DNA of 64,000 bases, taken from NCBI GenBank assembly GCA_964230645.1, contig CAXRHT010000003.1, positions 128,001-192,000 of the forward strand, in the 5' to 3' direction. The stretch is from Bdellovibrionales bacterium. Lineage in GTDB: Bacteria; Bdellovibrionota; Bdellovibrionia; Bdellovibrionales; JAGQZY01. Numbering within the stretch: position 1 is the first letter of the stretch; every line of letters begins with the position of its first letter. Under the pieces are notes generated by a model. It saw only the letters and a program-made list of their open reading frames with translations. It was not told the origin of the DNA and did no database searches. The position numbers and the translations under genes were made by a program. Positions 49,757 to 59,392 of this stretch are shown piece after piece.

Positions 49757-50338
49757 ATGTCTTTAGGAATACTAAAATATTTAAGACGCTGTCCTCTTTG
49801 CTACAGATTATTTCCCCGAGTGGAGTGGCTTTGCTTGGCTTGCCTTGCAAGAGTGTCTGAGGAGCTCACTCTTAAGCATCGAATGATCGATTCGAGGATT
49901 GATCACTTCTACCTTCTTGATTGGGAAAAGGAGGATGGGCTTTCTCCTTTGGTTTATAGTTTAAAAGGAGGCCGATGCGTCTGGGCCTTTGAGTTTCTAA
50001 GTCAATATTTTCGTAAGCTTCAGTCTCCGAGGAGAAGGAGGCTTTACTACCCTAGTAAAGAAGCCAAAGACCATGCCTTTCAACTGGCCCACCAATTGAG
50101 CTTAAGCCAAGGGTTGACTCCGTATCCTTTGATAAAATCGGGCCAGAAAAAGCAGTCCTTGTTGAGAAGGGGGGAACGGGGGAGAGTTCATTATTTATCT
50201 GAGAGAAAGGAGTGTCGAGAGGCCCTTTTCGTAGATGACATTGTCACAACAGGGTCCACAGCCAAGGCAGGATTTAAAGCCTTGGGCCAGCCTAAAAAAA
50301 TGACCGTCTGGAGCCTATTTTATCGCAATTACTTGTGA
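49757..50338 (+). CDS. comF: ComF-family phosphoribosyltransferase-like protein
   Basis: CPLC...LCLAC zinc ligands, KQSLL, LFVDDIVTTGST. Confidence 0.8.
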   Translation: MSLGILKYLRRCPLCYRLFPRVEWLCLACLARVSEELTLKHRMIDSRIDHFYLLDWEKEDGLSPLVYSLKGGRCVWAFEFLSQYFRKLQSPRRRRLYYPSKEAKDHAFQLAHQLSLSQGLTPYPLIKSGQKKQSLLRRGERGRVHYLSERKECREALFVDDIVTTGSTAKAGFKALGQPKKMTVWSLFYRNYL

Positions 50339-50366
50339 TTCCCAGAGGGTTTTGCTATGGTGCATT

Positions 50367-51053
50367 ATGACTCAAAAAGGCCTAATTTTCGCGCTTTTAA
50401 TTCTGTTTGTATGGTCTCCGCTGGGAGCCAAAGACAAAACTATTGTTCGCTCGATCTCAAAAGAGGATATGCTTCTTTTGCGGGAAGTGGACCAAAAATA
50501 TCAAAAACAACACGGTATTCATTTGCATCTCAAAAAGACAATCACTCTGGGAATGCTGGGCAGTCAAAAAACATCCCATGGGGAAGTTTGGCTAAAGAAT
50601 GGCAAAATGAAATTGGTCATTGATAAACCCCAACCTTCAAAAATTGTGGCAGGCTCTCAGTTCCTTTGGATTGAAAGCGCTCCTCCCGAGGATTTCGAAG
50701 GTGCTAAAGTGCAAGTCCTGCGTGCTTCTCTTAATTCCAAGCAGGCTAAGTCTCAAGGACTCATTCAGTTATTGACTCAAGGGGGGGTTCTCAAATACTT
50801 CCGTGTGTCAGGAATACAGAAAGAAGATCAAAAGGTTCGTTTTTTCCTGCAGCCTGATCAGCAATCTGTAGAGTTCAAACGAGCCCAAATTGAAGTGAAT
50901 CCCAAAACCAAAGTGATTCGTCTTCTTCGTTATTGGGATCAAATGGATAATGAAACGACTTTTGAATTTTCGAAATCTGAGTTTAACCTGAAATTGGCGG
51001 GGAGTGTATTCCAATACAGCCCTCCAAAAAATGCGGAAGTGATCACCTACTAA
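50367..51053 (+). CDS. lolA: LolA-family lipoprotein carrier
   Basis: Signal peptide, GEVWL..GKMKL, DQMDNETTFEF, FQYSPPKNAEVI; upstream of rimO. Confidence 0.75.
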   Translation: MTQKGLIFALLILFVWSPLGAKDKTIVRSISKEDMLLLREVDQKYQKQHGIHLHLKKTITLGMLGSQKTSHGEVWLKNGKMKLVIDKPQPSKIVAGSQFLWIESAPPEDFEGAKVQVLRASLNSKQAKSQGLIQLLTQGGVLKYFRVSGIQKEDQKVRFFLQPDQQSVEFKRAQIEVNPKTKVIRLLRYWDQMDNETTFEFSKSEFNLKLAGSVFQYSPPKNAEVITY

Positions 51054-51055
51054 TT

Positions 51056-52405
51056 ATGAATCAAGTTAGTCCAAAAAATCTCCATTTAATAAGTTTAGGA
51101 TGCCCAAAGAACCGTGTGGATGCGGAAATGATGTTGGGTCATATGCTCAAAGACGGATACCAAATCACCGAGAATTCCGAGGAAGCCGAAACAATCGTCA
51201 TAAACACATGTAGCTTTATCGATGAGGCTCAGCAAGAGTCCGTGCAAAAGATCTTAGAGGCCGCCGATCTTAAGCAAAAAGGAAAATTAAAAAACTTGGT
51301 GGTCACTGGTTGTTTGGTCCAAAGATACAAGGACGAACTTATTGATGAGCTTCCTGAAGTCGACGTTTTTATTGGTTCCGGAGAATTTCAGCACATTAAT
51401 AAAATTTTGAAAAATCCGGGTGAGAAAAAGGATTACTATCACCTGCCCACCTATCTGCAAGAAGATGACACCCCAAGGGTCAATTCAGAACCTTTTTACC
51501 GTGCTTACTTGAAAATCGCTGAAGGTTGCAAAAAACGCTGTTCTTTTTGTGCCATTCCTAAAATTCGAGGCAACCTGCAATCAAGAACAATTGAATCCAT
51601 TGTCAATGAAGCCAAGCTCCTAGTTGCTGGTGGGGTCAAAGAGGTCAATATCATCTCTCACGACTTTACTGATTATGGTTGGGATCTGCGCCGTAAAGAC
51701 AAAAAAGCTAAGGAATCACCGGCAGAGCTTCTTCGCGCCTTGTCCGATGTGAAAGGGCTGGAATGGATTCGAGTTCTTTATATGTATCCTGACGGTATCA
51801 ACGATGAGCTTTTGGATTTAATGGCTTCAAGAGAAAACCTCGTTCCCTATTTTGATATGCCGTTACAGCATATCAACGATGGAATGTTGAAAGCTATGAA
51901 TCGTAAAATGACCTGCGCTGAGATTCGCTTGGCTCTTAAAAAGATTCGAGAGAAAATTCCTGAAGCGGTGATTCGAACTCAATTTATTGTGGGCTTTCCC
52001 GGAGAAACAGAAGAAATCTTCCAAGAGCTTTTGGCTTTTATTGAAGAGCAGCAGTTTGATCGAGTGGGTTGCTTTATTTATTCCCCGCAAAAAGGAACCA
52101 GTGGTTTTCGAATGGAACAAACAGTTTCTGAGGACGACAAGCAGGACCGACATGATCGTCTTATGGAAATGCAAATGGAGATCAGCCGCGAAAAACATGA
52201 AGCTTTTGTTGGCCAAGTTCTCGAAGTTGTTGTTGATGGTGTGAGCGATGAAACGGACCTGTTACTACAGGGTCGAACCGCAACCCAGGCTCCAGAGATT
52301 GATGGCGTAGTCTTAATTAACGAGGGTGAGGCTAAGCCTGGTGACAAAGTGAAAGTAGAAATTACGGAAAGTCATGACTACGATTTGATTGGGCGAATTG
52401 TTTAA
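51056..52405 (+). CDS. rimO: Ribosomal protein S12 methylthiotransferase
   Basis: SLGCPKNRVD, NTCSFI, AYLKIAEGCKKRCSFCAIP, YMYP, APEIDG TRAM domain. Confidence 0.96.
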   Translation: MNQVSPKNLHLISLGCPKNRVDAEMMLGHMLKDGYQITENSEEAETIVINTCSFIDEAQQESVQKILEAADLKQKGKLKNLVVTGCLVQRYKDELIDELPEVDVFIGSGEFQHINKILKNPGEKKDYYHLPTYLQEDDTPRVNSEPFYRAYLKIAEGCKKRCSFCAIPKIRGNLQSRTIESIVNEAKLLVAGGVKEVNIISHDFTDYGWDLRRKDKKAKESPAELLRALSDVKGLEWIRVLYMYPDGINDELLDLMASRENLVPYFDMPLQHINDGMLKAMNRKMTCAEIRLALKKIREKIPEAVIRTQFIVGFPGETEEIFQELLAFIEEQQFDRVGCFIYSPQKGTSGFRMEQTVSEDDKQDRHDRLMEMQMEISREKHEAFVGQVLEVVVDGVSDETDLLLQGRTATQAPEIDGVVLINEGEAKPGDKVKVEITESHDYDLIGRIV

Positions 52406-52455
52406 AAGCTTCATAGTTGAATTTGTCGATCCCCTCACACTATAAAAAATTTTAA

Positions 52456-52510
52456 TGTCACTCTGTTGACAAGCGATGTTAATCCCTCCATCATATTAAA
52501 TATAGAGGAG
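52456..52510 (+). promoter_or_regulatory. Sigma70-type promoter with overlapping dyad operator and RBS
   Basis: TTGACA (52466-52471), 17-nt spacer, CATCAT (52489-52494); TGTCA-N6-TGACA dyad (52456-52471); AGAGGAG (52504-52510). Confidence 0.55.
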
Positions 52511-52518
52511 ATTCATCT

Positions 52519-52590
52519 GTGATTAATAGCATGTTATTCTTATTCGTATCCTCCGCGATGTTATTTTTCCTAGTAAACGTACTAGTTTAA
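52519..52590 (+). CDS. Putative 23-aa single-pass hydrophobic small protein (MINSMLFLFVSSAMLFFLVNVLV)
   Basis: GTG start 8 nt after AGAGGAG, TAA stop; promoter upstream; not in the ORF track. Confidence 0.55.
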   Translation: MINSMLFLFVSSAMLFFLVNVLV

Positions 52591-52726
52591 CGCGGCACAC
52601 AATACTTTCTTGGCAAATCATTCTTAATCTAAAGAAAACTTGTCATGCCTACCCTTTATTCATTAGACTCCGCCCCTAAACGACCAAGGTTTAACACTTT
52701 GAAACGTCAAAAAAATGGGGGGATAT

Positions 52727-53590
52727 ATGGGAAAATCAATATTATTGTTCACGGCAGTTTTTGCAATCGGGTTGCATAGTTTTGCTAACGAAAAGGCGAC
52801 TCAGGCTTATGAGGCCTATGAACAAAGAGATTACTCACAGGCTGGAACTAAAAAAGTGGAAGAGGCCATCGCACTTTTCTCAGAAGCCATAGATGCTGAG
52901 TCCGACCCGGCTCAAGTTCGTGAACTTAAAGTGGCTCAAACCTCGGCCTATTATTTTTTAGGTACTGCGATTAATGATAAAGATGGGCAACTGGCCGCTC
53001 ACGAAAGTGCTATGGCTATCGCAGACTCTTTGATGGAAGAGATGGGTGTCGATAGTGAACAAGCTCACGAGCTTAGCCAAAATGAAATCGCACAAATCAA
53101 AAACTCCTTAGATGAAAATGAAGAGCTCACACTTGCTGAGGCTATGTATTCAAAAGGCATTAGCTTAAGCCAGTGGGGAAAATTAAAAGGAATCTCTTCA
53201 TCAATTGGGCGCCTTCCGGAAGTTCTTGGTCTTATGGATCGTATAGAAATGATGGGTTATGAATCCATCCATGAGTATGGCCCTTATAGAACTATAGGGC
53301 GAATTAACTTTGTTCTCCCAAAATTATTTGGCGGCGATCTTAAAAAGTCAGAGCAGTATTTAAAAGATGCCTATAGAAATACGCTTCCCGACGGTGAGCA
53401 GTATAGCACCAATGGTTATAATAATATTTATCTCGCTGAAACTCTTCATAAGCTAGGTAAAGAAAACCAAGCCATCCGACTTCTTGAAACATTTGTCTCC
53501 GCTGATTTTTCCACTTTAGCTGATGGGAGTGAGCCAGAAAACCGTGAAGCTCTTCGAATTGCTGAAGAGCTTATTAAAGACTGGAAATAA
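52727..53590 (+). CDS. Secreted TPR-like protein, TatT (TPAT T-component)/BstC-like
   Basis: Signal peptide (SFA-N); all-helical; YGPYRTIGRINFVLPKLFGGDLKKSEQYL...YNNIYLAE resembles the TatT-family C-terminal motif. Confidence 0.6.
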   Translation: MGKSILLFTAVFAIGLHSFANEKATQAYEAYEQRDYSQAGTKKVEEAIALFSEAIDAESDPAQVRELKVAQTSAYYFLGTAINDKDGQLAAHESAMAIADSLMEEMGVDSEQAHELSQNEIAQIKNSLDENEELTLAEAMYSKGISLSQWGKLKGISSSIGRLPEVLGLMDRIEMMGYESIHEYGPYRTIGRINFVLPKLFGGDLKKSEQYLKDAYRNTLPDGEQYSTNGYNNIYLAETLHKLGKENQAIRLLETFVSADFSTLADGSEPENREALRIAEELIKDWK

Positions 53591-53595
53591 TTCCG

Positions 53596-54852
53596 GTGTT
53601 TCGGTTCATTTTAAAGGCATCGATCGCGATGCCTTTTCTTTTCCACTCCTTTGCTTGTTGGGGCGGGGGCTTAGCGGCTCCTTTTGCTATGGGCTCCACT
53701 GCCGTGCTTCCTAAAGGTGTTCGGAGCGTGAGGGTTAACGGCCTATCGACTACCGTTGATGGGTGGTATAACGACATTCAGGTAGACTCTGGGGTGGCCG
53801 AACCCTTCAATCAGCAATTATCCTATGGACGACTCCTTAAAGCTGAGAGCAATGAAAATTTGAAGCTCAATGTGGAGGCCCAACTTCGTAACAAAGGGGT
53901 CTCACTCGATACCATCGCTGGTAATAGCTATGCTGATATTAACACGCGAGTCTTTGTGACTCTTCCTGCTTTTGCCTATGGGGTGACAGACCGATTTACC
54001 CTGGCTCTGGCCGTTCCCATTGTCTATTCACACCTTGATGTGGAAACCGGTTTTGTGGGCTCTCCCCAGCTGCAACAATTGGTCACTGATTTTTCCCAGA
54101 AAAGCCGAAAGCAAACCAACCTTATCCAAAGTAAATTGAATGACGTTATCGCGACAGAACTAGCCAATAAAGGTTACAAACCTCTACGGGATCAAGAGCA
54201 AACCCAAGTGGGTGATTTACGGATTGTGGGGAAGTATCTTGGGTATCAAAGTATAAATTATTCCTGGGCGTTGACCTCGACCGTCACTGTTCCCACAGCT
54301 CACGTTCGCGATGTTAACAAAGTCGTTGATCCCACTCCGGGAGATGGTCAATGGGACTTGGGACTTGTTAGTACCTTCAACATACCCCTCAACGCCCAGT
54401 TTAGTATTATTAATCAGACCGGTTATATTGTTCAGTTCGCTGACGTAAGAGAGACAAGAATCCCCATTTCCGAGGAGGAAAGATTATCGAGAGATATCGA
54501 TTACGGGGCTAACCGTGATTTGGGTGACCAGATGTTTACCTCTTTAGGATTAATGATGAGTGATGCTTCAAGTGTCTTTGGATTCGGAGGAGCCTATACT
54601 TTTGCTTACAAACAAAGAGATGTCTGGACGGGGACAAATGCCAGTGCTGACCGCTACAGAGCCTTGGGTGTGGAAACCGAGCAAGTCATGCACGCGGCCT
54701 ACGTCCAAATGAGCCTATCTTCTATCAATCTGTATAAACGAAAAAAATTCCCACTTCCACTATTGACCACTTTAGGAGTGGGGCAAGCTTTTGCGGGCAG
54801 AAATGTTCGCAATGATCCCCTCTGGTCTCTTAATATGACCGCCTTTTTCTAG
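53596..54852 (+). CDS. Putative outer-membrane beta-barrel (SphA/phenol-MetA-like channel)
   Basis: AYGVTDRFTLALAVP, VGDLRIVGKY, VPTA...GDGQWD, alternating strands, C-terminal WSLNMTAFF beta-signal. Confidence 0.65.
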   Translation: MFRFILKASIAMPFLFHSFACWGGGLAAPFAMGSTAVLPKGVRSVRVNGLSTTVDGWYNDIQVDSGVAEPFNQQLSYGRLLKAESNENLKLNVEAQLRNKGVSLDTIAGNSYADINTRVFVTLPAFAYGVTDRFTLALAVPIVYSHLDVETGFVGSPQLQQLVTDFSQKSRKQTNLIQSKLNDVIATELANKGYKPLRDQEQTQVGDLRIVGKYLGYQSINYSWALTSTVTVPTAHVRDVNKVVDPTPGDGQWDLGLVSTFNIPLNAQFSIINQTGYIVQFADVRETRIPISEEERLSRDIDYGANRDLGDQMFTSLGLMMSDASSVFGFGGAYTFAYKQRDVWTGTNASADRYRALGVETEQVMHAAYVQMSLSSINLYKRKKFPLPLLTTLGVGQAFAGRNVRNDPLWSLNMTAFF

Positions 54853-54861
54853 GAGTGTAGA

Positions 54862-55884
54862 ATGAAAAGAATTTTATTGCTCGTTTTGTTTCCTTATTTG
54901 AGCTCTTGCTCCCTTGAGGTAAAAAAAGCTGTGGCTCCTTCTGATCCTCCTCAAGTTGAGAAAAGTGTTTTTTCTGCCTCTCAGATTCGTGGTCATTTTG
55001 TAACTGACGGTTCTCCGAAAATGTTTATGTGGCCCATCTATAAAACGGATGAACAGACAAATCAGTTGGTCCCAATGAGCTTTTCAGAGAAGGTGAAAAC
55101 CCGTCAGGTAATTACAGCCTATAGCGAGGATGTAGAACTTTACACTCAGAAATTTACCCAACTTGAAGTTGAGATCAACAAGAAGTACGACAAGCTTTTG
55201 GTGGATCTGGAAAATGAATTCAAGCAAAAGCAGTGCTACAGTTTTTGTGACCCGGAGATTAGTCTTTTTTGTGACCCAAGTGATGATTCTGTACTGAGTG
55301 TGGATGATTGGGTTGTTGGAGAAACACCAGAGGAACAAGCCATCATTGCTCAGTGCCAAGAAAACCAGACTCAAAGAGAAAACATAGATGATGAAAAAGA
55401 GGATGAAATCGATGAGAAGGTTGAACCTTTGAGACAAAAAGCAGGGCAGGCAGCCCTAGCTCTTCTGCAGACTGTGGGAGATAGAAACTACTTTACTGAG
55501 ATTACGTCTTTTGAACTTTTTTATGGGCCCATTCAATGCATTAAGAATGAAGGCTGTGAAACGGCCGAGGGTGCAGAGGACCGTACTTTTGCACGAATTG
55601 AGTTTGGTTCTACGGTTCTGAACAATTTTAAAAATAATGACGAGGCTTTAAAACTTGAAAATCTCAGTCTTGATGCTTCTAATGGATTTTTGCAATTCAC
55701 CACGCCTTTGCTTGATTTTGAAAATGACAATAGTGTCTACGGGGAAATTTTTTACGATCTGGAGTTCATTGAAACCGATCAGGGAGTGTTGAGGCTTGAT
55801 GGAGATATTCGAGTTAAAGACTTTTCAACGGGTGAAGAACGCATCGGTCGGTTCTCTTCCAGTGGGTCTGTGCAAAAGCCATGA
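54862..55884 (+). CDS. Acidic hypothetical lipoprotein with Cys-containing coiled-coil region
   Basis: Lipobox LSS-C; AGGAG RBS. Confidence 0.75.
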   Translation: MKRILLLVLFPYLSSCSLEVKKAVAPSDPPQVEKSVFSASQIRGHFVTDGSPKMFMWPIYKTDEQTNQLVPMSFSEKVKTRQVITAYSEDVELYTQKFTQLEVEINKKYDKLLVDLENEFKQKQCYSFCDPEISLFCDPSDDSVLSVDDWVVGETPEEQAIIAQCQENQTQRENIDDEKEDEIDEKVEPLRQKAGQAALALLQTVGDRNYFTEITSFELFYGPIQCIKNEGCETAEGAEDRTFARIEFGSTVLNNFKNNDEALKLENLSLDASNGFLQFTTPLLDFENDNSVYGEIFYDLEFIETDQGVLRLDGDIRVKDFSTGEERIGRFSSSGSVQKP

Positions 55885-56258
55885 ATATACTAGTCAACTT
55901 ACTTGTCGGATTGATAGCTCTTCAGCATATCGCCTTTCTGGTACTGGAAATGTTTTTGTGGGAAAAGCCCATTGGTCTTAAGGTTTTTAGAATGACGCCC
56001 GAGGTGGCAAAAGTGACAGCGCCTCTTGCTGCAAACCAGGGACTTTATAACGGTTTTCTGGCAGCGGGGCTTTTGTGGTCACTGTTTGCTAATCCAGATC
56101 AATTTTCTCACTCCCTCAAGTTATTCTTTGTCGGGTGTGTCTTAGTAGCGGGTCTTTATGGATGGTATTCCGTTAGTCGGAATATACTTTTTGTCCAAGC
56201 TCTTCCTGCGGCTTTGACTCTTGTTTTGCTAATAGTGAAAACAAAAACTTTTACATAG
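55881..56258 (+). CDS. DUF1304 family membrane protein
   Basis: HIAFLVLEMFLW, ANQGLYNGFLAAGL, VQALPA. Confidence 0.9.
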   Translation: MNILVNLLVGLIALQHIAFLVLEMFLWEKPIGLKVFRMTPEVAKVTAPLAANQGLYNGFLAAGLLWSLFANPDQFSHSLKLFFVGCVLVAGLYGWYSVSRNILFVQALPAALTLVLLIVKTKTFT

Positions 56259-56772
56259 AGAAGGTGTAAATTTCAGAGTAATTTCGTCCCTTTTCTTCGG
56301 AGTCCATTCCGTAACCAACAACATAACGGTCATCAATTGTAATTCCAGTGTAGTCGGGTTTTAGAGGGATCTCACGTCGAGCTGGTTTATCAAGAAGAGT
56401 GACTACTCTCAGTGAGGCCGGGCGGTTGGCGGACAGACGTTTCAACAGGAAACTAAGAGTTTTACCAGCATCGATAATTTCCTCGATCACAAGAACATGC
56501 TTGCCAGTGATATTTGTCTCGATATCTTTTCGAATCTCAATCGCTTCTCCACTCTTCATGGACTTCAAGTACACGTAATCCATGACAGTGCCAGGGAGGT
56601 TCATCTTACGGGCAAGATCGGCCATAAAGATAAAAGAGCCTTTCAGGGGTGCGACAAGAACCACCTCTTTGCCGTGGTAGTCAATTTCAAGCTCTTTAGC
56701 GATTCGCTCAACGGCTTCGTCGACTTCTTGCTTGGTAATGTACTGATTCATGTCTTCTTTCATTTGTCCCAT
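56251..56772 (-). CDS. hpt: Hypoxanthine phosphoribosyltransferase
   Basis: LKGSFIFMADL, LVIEEIIDAGKTL, LLDKP, VVGYGMD...RN. Confidence 0.9.
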   Translation of the reverse strand: MGQMKEDMNQYITKQEVDEAVERIAKELEIDYHGKEVVLVAPLKGSFIFMADLARKMNLPGTVMDYVYLKSMKSGEAIEIRKDIETNITGKHVLVIEEIIDAGKTLSFLLKRLSANRPASLRVVTLLDKPARREIPLKPDYTGITIDDRYVVGYGMDSEEKGRNYSEIYTFSM

Positions 56773-56786
56773 CTTTCTTCCTTTAA

Positions 56787-57506
56787 TCAGATATACACTT
56801 CTCTTTGGCTATGGTTCAGGTGGCTTTTAGCCTCATCATTCTGCGGGTCTTGAGAGAGCACTTTCTCCCAGTACTCTTCTGCCTTCGAGTGACTTCCTAA
56901 TTGATAATGAATTTGGGCGATTTTGAGCAACAGATCAACATGGTAGGGATTTTTGGCCTCGACAGCCTCGGCTTCCCTTAGGGCGCGGCTCAGTAGTTTC
57001 ATACTAATCAAAGAGTCCACAGCCTTAAGTTTATATTTTATATGATGCTTAGAGAAGTCGGCGGCTCGATTGTAATTCTCTAAAGCCTCTTCGAAGCGCT
57101 TGTAGAGGAAGTAAAGGTCAGCTAATTCCTCATGTTTCTGTGCGAGCTTTTCGTTCACATAGGGTTCGGAGCCAGAGCTGTCCTTTTGCTTCATAAGCGC
57201 ATAAGCTTCTTCAAAAACCCGTTTGCCTTCACCATATTTTCCAAGATCATTTAAGATAATTGAGAGGCCGATGGAAGAATCAGTAAAATTGGGGTCGATT
57301 TCTAAGGAGCGCTTAAAAGAGGCCAGAGCTTTTTTAAGCTGACCCTTTTCAAAATAAAGAGTACCAGCCATATAATGAACTTCAGGATTTTTATCGTCCA
57401 CAATCATAAGTTGCTGAACCATCGGTTCAACAATTTTATAGTGTCCTTCGTTGAAGTACTCTTTGGCTGCGTGAAAGAGCTCTTCAGGATCTTGCCTGGC
57501 CATCAA
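56787..57506 (-). CDS. TPR-repeat protein
   Basis: Multiple TPR signatures (AGTLYFEKG..A...F..SLEIDP; LSQDPQN). Confidence 0.85.
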   Translation of the reverse strand: MMARQDPEELFHAAKEYFNEGHYKIVEPMVQQLMIVDDKNPEVHYMAGTLYFEKGQLKKALASFKRSLEIDPNFTDSSIGLSIILNDLGKYGEGKRVFEEAYALMKQKDSSGSEPYVNEKLAQKHEELADLYFLYKRFEEALENYNRAADFSKHHIKYKLKAVDSLISMKLLSRALREAEAVEAKNPYHVDLLLKIAQIHYQLGSHSKAEEYWEKVLSQDPQNDEAKSHLNHSQREVYI

Positions 57507-58237
57507 AATATTCCTTTAGCTCGTTTTGCTTCTCGGCTATCAGGATACTCTTTGATCAGCGTTCGAAACAATTCATTTCTTTTGGATTGTTCCCCTTGTT
57601 TCTCCGCCGCTAAACCCGCACGGTAAAAGGCATGAGGACGGTCTTTGTGGGTGGGGAACTCTTTTAAATATTTTTGATAGCGCACAAGAGCGTGAAGAAA
57701 TTCGTCGGTGCGAAAATAAAAATCGGCGATATAAAGCTCTTTCTCGGCAAGTTTTCCAATGGTTTTTGTTCGCATCTTCTCGGCTTCTTTGGCGTACTCA
57801 GAACCAGGATAATCTCTTAGGAGAACATTAAATTCCTTGATAGCCGCTGGAGCGGCAGAGAGATCTCGATCGATGGTTGAGGGAAGTTGGTTGTAGATGC
57901 TCTCACCGATCTTGAAAGTGACATAATCAATTTTTGGATTTTTGGGGTGGAGCTCCTTAAAAAGCTGATAGGCTCCTTGAGCTTCAACGAAGGCCTCTTT
58001 TTTGAAATGAATTTCCGCAATCCGAAGCTCCGCCTCAGTGGCATATTTACTGTAAGGGTAGCGGTTTTTTACGTCGCGGTACTGCATGAGGGCTTCTTCA
58101 AAACGCTCGTCATCTTCCAGTTGCCGAGCCAGCCCAAAGGAGCCCTCAGCCGTTGAGGTGTCATACTTATCGTAGGATACGCAAGCGGAAACAAAAAACA
58201 TCAATAATAATAGGTATTTACTAGTCATTTCGCTCAC
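57503..58237 (-). CDS. bamD: Outer membrane assembly lipoprotein BamD
   Basis: Lipobox VSA-C, RYPYSKYA, LHPKNP..DY, IDRD, YPGSEY, LAEKELYIADFY. Confidence 0.92.
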   Translation of the reverse strand: MSEMTSKYLLLLMFFVSACVSYDKYDTSTAEGSFGLARQLEDDERFEEALMQYRDVKNRYPYSKYATEAELRIAEIHFKKEAFVEAQGAYQLFKELHPKNPKIDYVTFKIGESIYNQLPSTIDRDLSAAPAAIKEFNVLLRDYPGSEYAKEAEKMRTKTIGKLAEKELYIADFYFRTDEFLHALVRYQKYLKEFPTHKDRPHAFYRAGLAAEKQGEQSKRNELFRTLIKEYPDSREAKRAKGIF

Positions 58238-58333
58238 CAGTTTATGGTTTCATGGGGGGGATGTCAATTGCGGAGATGCCTGGATTTTCAACCCAAGCTT
58301 GGCAGCGGAATCAAAGATATTATCCGTAAGTGT

Positions 58334-59392
58334 TTAGAGCCGTCGCCTCGCCGTGGATTGATGGTAAAAGGTTGTGAATAGAAGCTTAAGTAGGCTAGCC
58401 ACTGGAATAGAGATGATCATCCCTAAAACACCCAGCAGTTGGGCTCCCAAAATAATAACCACAATCACGGTCACCGGGTGGAGGTCCACAATCTTTGCCA
58501 CCACCACCGGAATAATAACCACGGCATCTAGAATATGGGCACTTAGATAGACGATAGAGACAGCCAAAATATTTGCACTCATGGAGCCAAAGATAATATC
58601 TGAATTAACAAAAAGTATGATGAAGGCGGGAATAGCACCGAACACGGGGCCGATATAAGGGATCAAATTGGTGATTGCTGCAAATAGTGCCAAGAGTGGA
58701 GCATAAGGAAAGCCAATAATGATAAGTCCGATCCAAGTCACTAGGCCAACAATTAAGGCTTCAGCCAAACGGGCACGAATAAAGCTGCCCACTTGATCAT
58801 TCATTTCGTAGAGAAGTTTGAGTGAAGTTTCAAAAAAACGGTTGGGTATAAGCTCAAGCATTTGGCGCTTTATTTGCGAACCATCTCTAAGCATAAAGAA
58901 TGCAAGGAAAGGGGTCAGGAAAAAGATAGTTAAAGAATCAGAAACCCATTTGGGAATGAGGCTTGTATACTCACTGGTTTGATTAATCATCCAGCTGCGA
59001 AGATTGTCTCGAAAAAGGGGACTATCGAAATGGAAAACTTTCTGAATTTTATTTTCAACCTTACTGACGAGATTTAAGACTCCCACTTGGAGGTCAGGAA
59101 GCTCTTTTTCTAAAAGAGCCAGTTGATCAATAAGCATAGGAACAAAAATAGAAAAAAGGGCAACGACTAGGACAGTGTTAAGCGCATATATAGTGAAGAT
59201 AGCGAGAGTTCGATTAATGCCACGACGCTCACAAAGATAAACGAAAGGGGATAAAAGGTAGTAAACGACAAAGGCGAGAACACAGGAGATGAGTAAATTT
59301 TCAACATAGAAAATAAGATAAAGGCCAACTCCGGCAAAGAGGCTTAAAATAAGAACGCGAAGAGTTTCACGAGGTAAAATGTTTTTCTTCAC
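58334..59392 (-). CDS. AI-2E (PerM/UPF0118) family transporter
   Basis: YLLSP, FFMLRDG, NLIPYIGP, LHPV, GVLGMIISIP. Confidence 0.92.
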   Translation of the reverse strand: MKKNILPRETLRVLILSLFAGVGLYLIFYVENLLISCVLAFVVYYLLSPFVYLCERRGINRTLAIFTIYALNTVLVVALFSIFVPMLIDQLALLEKELPDLQVGVLNLVSKVENKIQKVFHFDSPLFRDNLRSWMINQTSEYTSLIPKWVSDSLTIFFLTPFLAFFMLRDGSQIKRQMLELIPNRFFETSLKLLYEMNDQVGSFIRARLAEALIVGLVTWIGLIIIGFPYAPLLALFAAITNLIPYIGPVFGAIPAFIILFVNSDIIFGSMSANILAVSIVYLSAHILDAVVIIPVVVAKIVDLHPVTVIVVIILGAQLLGVLGMIISIPVASLLKLLFTTFYHQSTARRRL

